Shown here: one piece after another, positions 12,101-24,100 of the stretch
How positions within the stretch are numbered: position 1 is the stretch's first letter
Layout: every line of letters begins with the position of its first letter
Source of the DNA: a virus
Reading direction: 5' to 3' (one strand)
DNA length: 64,000 nt
IMG/VR virus record: IMGVR_UViG_3300046387_000246
Span: 11,494-75,493 of that record
Position numbers and translations under genes: made by a program
The notes under the pieces: model-generated
Databases searched by the model: none
The model's input: only the letters and a program-made list of their open reading frames with translations
Told to the model about the DNA's origin: nothing

Positions 12101-15100
12101 CACCTTATCAAGGTACATTTAGAGTAACTGGTACAAGTAACGGTGGTAAAACATTCGACTTCAGACTATTAAATGAACCAGAAAAAACTACTGGTGCTGT
12201 GGGTAATGATGAATTTGGTCTTCCTCGTTCTACTTACTCAACAACATCAATTAAGGCTATCGGACCTATTTCCGCTATTAAACTGGTAAATCCAGGTGGA
12301 TTCTATCAGAAACTACCAATCGTTACAGATATTGCTTCTAACAGAGAAATTGAAAAGGTTAGAGTTACTAACGGTGGTACTGAATATGTAAATGGTGTCT
12401 ATTATAATGTTCCTATCTCTGGAGACGGTGAAGGTGCTATGTGTAACATCACAGTTACTGATGACGGTGACTTTACTGGTGTTATAACTGATGTTACTTT
12501 AACCTCAGCAGGTAAAGGATATAAAACTGCAACTATTGATGTAGATGCTATACCAGGTATTTTAGGACCTCTACTTGCAGGTTCTGGTGCAGTACTAGAT
12601 GTTGTGATTCCTGATGAAGGTTCAGGTGCATCTGTATTCTTACAAGGTAAATCAATTGGTAAGATCAAGAAACTTAAGAACAATGAATTTGGTTTCGGTT
12701 ATTCTCACGACTATACACTAAAACCTGAAATAACTTTCCCTGTAAACCTTCAGTTGTTTAATACCGCTTTACTAGCACAAATCAAGATAACTGACCCAGG
12801 TTCTGGTTATACTTCAACACCTGCTGTTGTAATCGAAGGTGGTGGTGGTTCTGGTGCTAGTGCTGAAGCAATAGTTAAGAACAACAGACTTTCCGAGATC
12901 ATTATTAAAGATCCAGGTGCAGGTTACAGTTCTGAACCAACAGTTACACTTAAATCAGAATTTAACTACGTTGTTAACGTTGATTTAGGATATCTACAGT
13001 TCAACTTCCCACACGGTATAACAAACGGAGCAGAAGTAACATTAAGAGCAGAGGATCTTGGATCTACAGTCGGTATTCTACCAAAACCTAGTTCAGCAGG
13101 TTTGGTCAGTCTATCTTCTTCCCAGACATACTATGCTATTGCAGGTCAAGCAAATGGTCTTGAATCTGATCAGTTACGTATCTCTCTAACACAGTTAGAT
13201 GCTGAATCTGGTTCTTACATTACATTCCTAACACAAGGTGAAGGTAGACAGATACTTCTTACTGAGGTATTTGGTGGTCAAGCAACTGCTATCGTTGAAA
13301 CTTCTAGATTCCTTGCAGGTGAACTTGTTTATCAAGGTACTTCACTTCAACTTGCATCTGCTACAGGTTATGTTTCTACTAACGAAGGTTGGCAGATCGG
13401 ACCTAGAATCCTTAAACTTGAAAACTATGACGGTGTATGGAATCCTGGTGAAAGAGTAACTGGTGAGGTATCACGTGCTTCTGGTTTGATTGATAACCTT
13501 TCTATTGCAAGAGGTACACTTGAAATTGCATCTCTAACCAATACACCAGGTCAGTTTATCGATGACGTTGGTAAACCATCTGAAATTGTTCAGAAGATTC
13601 AAGATAGTTACTTCTATCAGAACTTCTCCTATGTTATTAAGTCTCAAACACCTATTAACCAGTGGAGAAAACCTGTACTAGAAACAAACCACCCTGTTGG
13701 ATTTAACCTATTTGGTGAACTATCAATCACTGGTGGTAAGGATATATCTGGAAGAAAGGTTGTATCTGACCTTATTAAAGAAGTTAATATTAATAGTTTC
13801 ACTAATATTAATAAAATTACATCATTTGCTAACGCACAACCAATTTATACTCAGTTTAATAACACTGAAGTCTTATTCAGACAGAAGAGACTTACTAACT
13901 CTGAGGAAATTCTAACTTCTATCGTTAAGAAATTAGATGATATTTCTGAGGACTTTGATGGAATTAGAACTCAATTCCCTCTTAATGTAGAGGGTGGAAG
14001 TATTACAGCAGCAGATAATCAGATGTTTGTCTTGATTAATGGTGTTGCACAGTCTCCTAGCGTAGCATTCTCAACTTCAGGACCTTCAGTTGTCTTTACT
14101 GAAGCACCGAAAGCACCTTCTAGAATTAAGTTTAGAAAGGTTACACTAGCACAAAAGATAATCACAAGACTAACATTTAGTAGTATTGGTGGTATTTTCC
14201 CATTACTAGGCAATACAGTTCGTGGTATAGTTTCTGAAGCAACTGCAACTGTAATTGACTCTGGTACTAATTACATTGACGTTATTGATGGAGAAGGAAC
14301 TTTCCAAATCAATGAAAATGTTCTTAATAGTGCCACAGGATTTAACTCTGTTCTTAGCGATGTTTCTCCTCAAACTTCTAAGACTATCTACGAACAAGGT
14401 GAAAGAATTACTAACCTACAAGGTAAGTTTGCTGTTATTGAAGAAAATAACCTAGATGATGGTACTGTTACTAATTTACTTGTTGTTTCTCGTACATCTG
14501 GTACTGCTGAGTTTGAAACTGGTGAATTTGATTTAGGATTTAACGATATAATTTATTCAGCACGTTCTAAGATTGCAGCAACTATTCAGTCTATTGCACC
14601 TTATCAGGATGAGGTATCTAATCAAATTATTGATACAGTTGATCTATCTCCTTCATCTTCCTTCTTTGGTCTTGTATTCCAGAGGGTTCCTTCAATTACT
14701 TTCCCGAACGTTATCCTTGATAATATTTCAGAGACTGTTATTAACCCAACTGAACTTTATACTGAAACAGTTAATAACCAAGACTTCCTAGACTTTGAGA
14801 ATGTACGTAACCAAGAGGTTAGACTTTATAACCAATCTGGTACTGCATTTGTTGCTGGTGATAAATTACGTCTTAAGAAACTATACTTTGGTAACTCTTC
14901 ACTAAGAAGGGGACACGATGTACGTACATTTAACGCTGCTGAGGCTCTAACACGTAATGCAAGATTTATTGCAGAAGAATCCGTGGGAGCAATGTTGGCT
15001 TTCTACCCCTCCTTTAGCATTCAAACTGGAAGAAACGCAGATTGTGAAGATGATATCGTAGATGCTCTTACTATGATGGCGTGGCAGTTAGAGTTTGATG

Positions 15101-18100
15101 GTAACTCTGAAGTATTTGATATTGCTAATACTTACGTTCAAGGTGGCGGTGTATATCACGTAGATGGTGAAGTACCTCAAACTGTTTACGCAATGGAACA
15201 GGCACGAGATCTAGCGATCAAGTGTATCAATATGGTGACTATTAATACTGTACATACTTCATTACAGCAATGGAAAGATTTAACCGTTACTGGTGAGTAT
15301 AGTGTTACTGATAACTCTCACGGTGATGCAAGAACAATGATTCTTGCTAACAAGTGGTATATCGCTCACGAAGCATTGTACTATGCTAAACAGCAGAATC
15401 CTGGTTATACAGTATCTGGTGGAGATGAGCATTGTCTTTCTGATATTGTTGATGTTCTAGAAGCATTAGGATATAACACTGCTCACGGTGGTAATGACTT
15501 TGTATATGAAGCAACTGATAGAATTCTTCATTATGGTGTTACTTCTGGAGACAGAGATACCATCGTAAATGCGATGACTAAAGCCAGAGATATGGCAATC
15601 GCTGTTATGAGAAATACTGCTGTTGCAAAACAAGATACTTCACACGGTTGGACACAGTTTACTGATGCAACTCTAACTGCATCACTTGAAAGTCCACTTT
15701 GTGCAACAGTTGAGGCAACAATAACCACGTTGATGAATTTACTGATTAATGCCCTCGGTACTACTGCATCACCTGGTACAAGAGCAGCATTCTTAGCTGG
15801 TCAAACTAGAACAGAACCAAGTACAGCACTATTATCAGTTCCTGATGCTAATGCTTGTGTAAACCAGACATCTGCTATTACAAACTACTTCAGAATAATT
15901 ACTGATACATTACAGGATCCTACAGGTGCTGATAAAGTAACTTATCCTTGGTCTACAAGTAACTTACAAAGAGTTGCACCTCCATACTCATTTGTTGACA
16001 CTGAAAATCTTAAATCTATTAAGCACGCTTATAAAGATAAGTCATCTGGTGGATTCTTCGTCTTTGGTGAGACAGTTACAGGTATCACATCTGGAAACAC
16101 TGCTGAGATCATCGGTTCCAATGCAGGTAATAAGTGGATCTATACTAAGAACCCAACTGGTGCATTTACTGCTGGAGAATACATTACTAATAGTCTCTTA
16201 ACTAATACTAATGTAGTTGTAGATAACTTAGATTATGCTGTTGGTACTGGATCATTAGAATTTAACGGTAGTGCATACTTAACATATCCTGCAACTGAAA
16301 ATGTTGCTTTTGGAGATGGTGCTGGTGCTGCTGGTGACTTTACTATTGAATTATGGGTCAAGGTTACTGCTGTTAATACTAACCAAGTTCTTATTGACTT
16401 TAGAACTGCTGCTGGTTCTACAACCGAAGCATACTTAATCATTGTTAATAACACTGTTCGTTGGAACACAGGTAATGTTGATAGAATTACATCGTCTGCT
16501 AGTTTACAAGCAAATACTTGGACACATATCGCTGTAACACGTAACTCTGGTCTAACTAGACTATTTGTTGGTGGTTCAAAAGAAGGTGTTGATTATACAG
16601 ACGCTACAAACTATGGCAATATGCCAGTTAAGATTGGTGCGAACGTTGCTGGTTCTCTACCAATGACAGGTCATATTGAAAACTTGATGATTAAGAAAGG
16701 GATTGCTGAATACAGTTCTAGCTTTACTCCAAGTGCAACATATGATTCTGGAGACTTACGTCTAACATTTGGATTTGATGGTGAAGCACCTATTCCTCTT
16801 ATTAAAGGTGAAATTTATGCTACATTCCAACAAACAATAACATCTCAATGTTCTGCTGATGGTGTAGAACTATGGCGTGATGAGATTATGACTGAAGAGA
16901 TTGATCTTGCTCGTGATACTTATAGAGATTGTGCAGATATAATTGAGAAGAATAAGTATTGGATTGCTGAGGAAGCTATCGGAAGAATGAAGGCGAAGTA
17001 TCCTGACTTTATCATTCCTGGTGATACTGGTATATCTGATCAAGGTACTAAGACTTGTTTAAGAGATACTTACGAATATATTATACCTGCTATCGTTGCT
17101 GATCTTAAATACGGTGGTAACTATAATACTATTGTTGCAGGTAGAGGATATCTTGCTAACCAACAAGGTCAGTTAGCACACGTTAATGGAGAACTTCTCC
17201 AGTCCATCTATGCTTGGAGAGAAGTTGGTAAGTTATGTAATACTGTTATCACTGCTAACGCTGATGATCTAACTGGCGTATATACAACTCGTATTCGTGT
17301 TCCTAATTACTTTGCATCACCAGCCTCCAGTACAATCACTACTTACATTAGTGATATTATGGATGATCTTCTTGATGTTCTAGGTCCTACAGGTCACAGA
17401 TATAGAGACGGTGCTGATCTATTGTACTTTAATAGAAAGGCAATCGCTGAAGAAACAGTGATGTGGTTGGAAGAAAAATACAACATAATGATTGGGTTTA
17501 ATACCGCAGATAAACTCACTATACCTGGTGGATCTGTAGGTACCAATAAGTGTATTCGTGACTTGAGAGACCACATTATACCTGCGATCTCAGGAGATTT
17601 ACTTACTGGTGGTAATGCTAATATTCAAGGAATTATAGATTCTTATTTAAGTTCATCTGATAATATTTCTTACGTTGAGACAGAACTACTACCAATGCTT
17701 GATGCTATTGGTTATACTAAGTGGTTAATGGAGAAAGCATTACAGAACTGTTTGGTTGGTAGATCTGAAAACGTCGCTAATATTACAGGTATGACTCCAC
17801 TGACTATAGATGATCTATTCCAGTTGCAGTATACAGACATTCCAGTATTCCGTAAAGAAGTTTCTGCTGATGACAACTTTGCAGAGCAACCTCTTGATCC
17901 TCAGATATATGCAGGATCACAACGTGCTTTAGATGCTGCTGATCTAATCAATACTAATAAGAGAGCGATTGCTGAGGAAGCAGTTGACTTAACAATCAAA
18001 ACAGAAGCATTCAAACATTATGGATTTAGAGTTCCTGGTGGAAAGGTTAATTGTGAAGATGATATTGTTGATATTCTAGAAGGTGTTGTTCACGATCTTA

Positions 18101-21100
18101 GATTTAACTCTAACTCTAAGACTTACGATGCTGCATTATTGTATCTTGATTCTGAGAATGGATTGAAGCACGTTAAAGATCAACCTGCTGAAACACTCTT
18201 TGCTATGAAGATGGCAAGAGATATGACAGTTCTCGCGATTCAGAACCGTCTTGGATTTAAACCATATGCAACATATGCTCCAGCTGGCGGTGGTGCTACT
18301 GGTGGAGAGGGCTTTGCTGGCGGTGGTGCTATTGTAGAACCACGTGATACTTACTACGAAAACGCTTCTGGTAACAAGGCATATAATGCTGCTGATGAGA
18401 TTAGAAATAACTTAAGATTCATTGCTACCACTGCTGTTGGACGTGCTGTACAGCAGTATCCTTCACTAGCATTTGGTGGATATGGTTATCAGTCTTGTGT
18501 TGATGACTGTGTTGATATTCTAGAGTCATTAGTATTCAACTTATCACACGGTGGTAATAACAAGATGTGGTATGCCACTGAGTTTTATATCACTGATGCT
18601 AATGCTATTCAACACGTCAATAACCAAGCAGCTGAAGTTAAGTACGTATTCGAACAAGCACGTGACCTTGCTATTGCAGTAATGAGACAGCAGTTGATCA
18701 CAACTAACGGTTATACCGAAGGTGATGCGATCTATGATCTTGATATTACTATTGACCAAGCAAGTGGAACTGCTAAACATACACCATCAAATGCAACTTA
18801 TAATCCTAATACTGGAGACTTAGTTCTTACTATCACTGGTTCTCATTCAATTACTACAAGTGATACTCTTAGAATTGATACTAATTCATTAGTCTTTACT
18901 TGTGATCAAGATGATCATCAAACTTTACACCCATATCCAAGAGCAACTGATCCTGCTGCATTAGCAATTCTTCCTATTACTGCTGTAAGTGGACAGGATA
19001 TTACAGTCAATGTTGGTATAACACAGAGAATTAACTTTGATGCAAAGGATTCTACTTATGATCCTGAGACAGGTCTATTAACTCTTGATATTGGATCACA
19101 CAATCTAAGAATTGGTCAATCACTTAAGATTCTACAAGATGAACTACTATTCCGTTGTTCACAGGATAATTACAGAACTATTCATAAGTATCCTCGTATT
19201 ACTGACCCAGTAGTTGATAAAGCAATTGATATTGAAGCTGTCGGGACTACATTCCATACTGCTACATTTGCTTCTTGGAGACCTGACAGTGCGTTCTTAA
19301 GTATTACTATTCCTAATCACGGATTCAAGAATGGTGACAGAGTTAGAATCTCTAATCATTCTATGACATTCACTTGTTCTATGGATCAGCATTATAGTAA
19401 GAAGACTTATCCAAGACTTTCTGATGCTGCAAGTGGATTATTCCTACCAATTTCTAATGTAACTAGAAACAATTTTGATGTGAACATTGGTAAGAGTCCT
19501 ATCAAATACTTCACACCATCTCAAGCAAACTACAACCCAACTACAGGTGCACTAGAACTTATTCTTGGAAACCACGGTTTGACTGCTGGTACTCACATCA
19601 AGATAGCAGATAACTCTCTAACATTCACTTGTGATGAGGACGATAACGCTACTTATCACACATACCCAAGAACACAGACTGTACAGGTTACTCCAACAGA
19701 TGCTTCTTACAATCCTGTTAATGGTCACCTAACAGTTACTGTTGCTAATCACGACTTTAAGGTTGGTGAGTTTGTTAAGGTTGCTGAAAATGGAATCGTG
19801 ATGACTTGTGATATGGACGGAAATGCTTCTGAGCATCCATATCCACGTAAGAAGGATCCAGCATATGATTCTTGGATGGAAATTGCAGCAATATCTACAA
19901 ACACATTTACATTTAAGGTTGGAGAATCTCCTCAAATAAGTTTCACACCGACAGATGCGGTTTACACCCCTACTACTGGTGATATGAAACTCACTATTGG
20001 TACTCACAATCTACAAGCTGGTACTGCATTGAAGATTGAAGAAAGTGGAATCGTATTCAGTTGTGCACAAGATAATCACGCTACAGAGCATCCTTATCCA
20101 CGTAGTACTATTCTTACTGCTCCTAATATTTCCAACGCTATGTATGATCCAGCGGCTGGTTTATTAACAGTAACAACTGCTGCTGTTCACGGCTTCACAG
20201 ATGGCGATAAAGTTAAGTTTGCTGATAATGCTATTACATTCACTTGCTCAATGGATAGTAATGCAACAAATCATCCATATCCAAGATCAACTGACCCTGC
20301 ATCTGGTAAGTGGTTAGAAGTTGATGTAACTAGCACAACTGAGTTTACTTGTAACGTAGGTAGGACACCTAGTGTTGTATTCGATCCTTCAATGGTCGTT
20401 TATGATCCTTCTACAGGTATTATGGTTATGACCATTGGTGCTCACGACTTAACAGTTGGAACATCTGTAAGAATCGCTAATAATTCAATTACATTTAAGT
20501 GTGCTCAAGATAACTACGCTACTGATCACTCTTATCCTCGTTCTACTGACCCATTCTATGATACTTCTTGCCCAATCACTGCTGTTACTGACACCACAAT
20601 TTCAGTACAAGTTCTAAGTACAGTTCCATCTACAAACGTAACTGCTCATACTTGGCAACCACCTGCTAAGTTGACACCAACTAATGCAACTTACAACCCA
20701 AGTACAGGGGTTATGGAAGTTACTGTTGCTAATCACGGTTTAATGAATGGTGAGCACATCAGAATCGATGAAAATGCTTTCACATTCACTTGTAATCAAG
20801 ATAGTAATGCTACTAACCACGCATATCCAAGATCAACTGACCCTGCATACCATCAGTTCTTACCAGTTTCTAACGTAACTCAGAATACATTCCAAGTTAC
20901 TGTTCTTGCTGTAACACCTTCTACTAATACTACAACTCACGCATTTGTAAGTGCTGTTTCTGATAGCATTACTAGAGGTGTTGTGAGAAGCGGTGGTATT
21001 TACACTCACGCATTTGTAAGTGCTGTTGCTGGATCTCTTTCATATAAGAAAGACCAAGCATTTGATTCTTCAGTTACTATTAAGCACGAAGGTACTCCTT

Positions 21101-24100
21101 TAACTCCTACAGGTGCTTCTTATAGTGGAACTACTGGTATTTGTCAGATTACTAGCAACAATCACGGATTAATTGATGGTGATTATGTCAAACTAAGAGA
21201 TGGTGCATTGACATTTACTTGTGCTGAGGATAGCAATGCAACAAACCATCCTTATCCAAGACACACTGATTTAGCATCTAATAAGTGGTTAAAAGTAACT
21301 AACGTCACTCAGAATACTTTTGACATTCAAGTACTATTCTCTATCCCATCTACTAACCAAACTGCTCATTTATTTGTTTCTGGTTTAACTGATGGAATCG
21401 TTAAGAAGGACGATACAATTACTGTTAATGTTGGTGCAACTACTGCTGGTAACTACGAGCATAAGTTCTTATATGCAGAACCTGCTGCAATCAAGACTGG
21501 TGGTAATTACAACCACGTATTTAAGTCAGCGTTGCCATATTCTATTACTAAGTCTAAGGATCCATCATACAGTAATGTATTGACAATCGATGGTGCAACT
21601 TCAACTTCAATCACAGTTAATGTTCTTCCAGCAGTACCTTCTACTAACGAAACATCTCATACATTTATTTCTGCTTCCAATAATGCTATTACTACTGGTG
21701 GTCAGTATGTTCATAAGTTTATTGAAGCACAACCTGATGGTATTGAATTAGAATCTGGATCAATTACAGTTAATGTTGGTACAACACCTGCTGTATTCTA
21801 TAGTGTTGCTGATGCAATCTATGATGGTGAAACAGGTGATATGGAACTTATGGTTGGTGCACACGAACTTCTTGAAGGAACAAGTATCAAGATTCACGAT
21901 AATGCATTGACATTTACTTGTGATATGGATGATCACGCTTCTGAGCACGTTTATCCTCGTTTAACTGACCCTGCTGCAAACACTGCTTTAGTAATGAAGG
22001 AAGCAGGTTCCACTTCTCATACTGTTACTGATGCATCTTACAATACTATAACTGGTGATATGACCTGTACCCTTAATGGTCACGGTCTAAAAACCTCAAG
22101 AACACTCTCTCCAACCTTTGCTAAGTTTGATCCTACAACAGGTGATATGGAAATATATTCAGTTAATCACGGTATTACTGATGGAGAAAGTGTCAAACTT
22201 GCTGATGGTGCTGTTACATTTAGATGTGCTAAAGATCAATTCAGTTCAACTCATCCATATCCAAGATCAAGCGATCCTGCATCTGATCAATTCCTAGTTG
22301 TTAAACACGCTTCTCAAAATAGATTTACAGTTAACGTTGGTACTGGAGAAACTGGTGGTGCTATCTCTGACCAGAGTGAGCATAGATTCCAAGCATCAGT
22401 TCCTAATAGTATTACTGTTGCTCCTAATATGGTTAAGTTTGATCAGGATGCTATTACATTCACTTGTACTAAAGATAGTAATGCTACTAACCACGCATAC
22501 CCAAGAGCAGATGATCCTGTAGCTGGACATTGGATTCCAATTAAGGCAGTAACTACAAACACATTTACTGTTAATGTTGGTGTTTCAACTGCTGCTGGAA
22601 ACTATCCTCACACATTCGTCAGTGCAACTACTGGTGGAATGAAACTACAAACTGGATGGGTTAAGGTTAACGTTGGTTCTACACCTTCTACTGGGTTTGA
22701 TCCTGCCACTGCGAGTTTCAACGCAATCACAGGTATTATGACTCTTGGTTTGGGTAATCATTACTTCAATAGATTTGATAATATTAGAGTACAACCTGAG
22801 TCATTAATATTCACTTGTGGTTTAGATAACAATGCAACGAATCATCCATATCCTCGTTCTACTCTCATCGAATCTACTCCTAGTGATGTAGATTATAATC
22901 CTTCTACTGGATACTTAACTATCACACAGAATAATCACGGATTCTCTAATGGTGATTTTGTAAGATTCAAGGAAAACGCATTCACATTTACTTGTGATAT
23001 GAACGGTAATGCTGATAATCATTCATATCCTCGTACAACTGATCCAGTTTATGATAAGTGGGTTACAGTTGAGAGTGTTCAAGCAAATACCTTTAATGTA
23101 TTTGTAGGTAAGACACCTACTACTGGATTTGAACCATATGCTGTAGATTATAATCCTTCTACTGGATTGATGAAGATGACTATTGGTGAGCATAAGTTTA
23201 CTACAAGTCAGAGCATTCGCATCGCTGCGATGTCATTGAACTTCCGTTGTGATCAGGATGGTCAAGCTACAGACCACTTATATCCAAGATCTACTGACCC
23301 TCTATATCAAACTTCAGTACCTATCTCTGCTGTTGACGATACAAGTATTACTATACAAACTCTTGCATCTGCACCTTCAACTAATATAACCACTCACGTT
23401 TGGCAACCTCAAGTTGGTATTACTCCTACTGGTATTGATTATGATCCTGTGACTGGAATGATGACAGTTACTTGTTCTAATCACGGATATAACGAAGGAG
23501 ATATGGTTAAGTTTGCTGAGAACGGAATTACATTTACTTGTGATAAAGATAGTCACGTTTCTGATCACCCATACCCACGTAAGACAGACCCTGCTTGGGA
23601 TAAGTGGTTACCAATTGAAACTGTAACTGGTACAACATTCAGAGTTAAAGTTCTTGACAATGTTCCTTCCACTAATATTTCTACTCATACATTTAAATCT
23701 GCTGTTGCTAATTGTATAACAAGAGCAACTGTTAGAGGTGGTGGTGTTTACAATCATACTACTGTGTCTATTGCTTCTAATAGTATGGAGCATAAGAGAG
23801 ATCCATTCTATCAGAGAGGAATCAACATTGATCAGGTTGAAGAGACAACTCATACAGTAACCAATGCTTCATACAGTCCATCATCAGGTGTGATGAGACT
23901 TACAATACCTAATCATAATTTCACTGCTTCCACATCTCATACTGTAACTGATGCTCTTTATACACCTGCTGACAGTATGTTGAGATTGACTATTGCAGGT
24001 CACGGATTCAAGGAAGGTGACAGAATTAGAATCGCTGATAATTCTATTACATTTACTTGTGATCAAGATAGTAATACTACTAATCATTCATATCCAAGAT

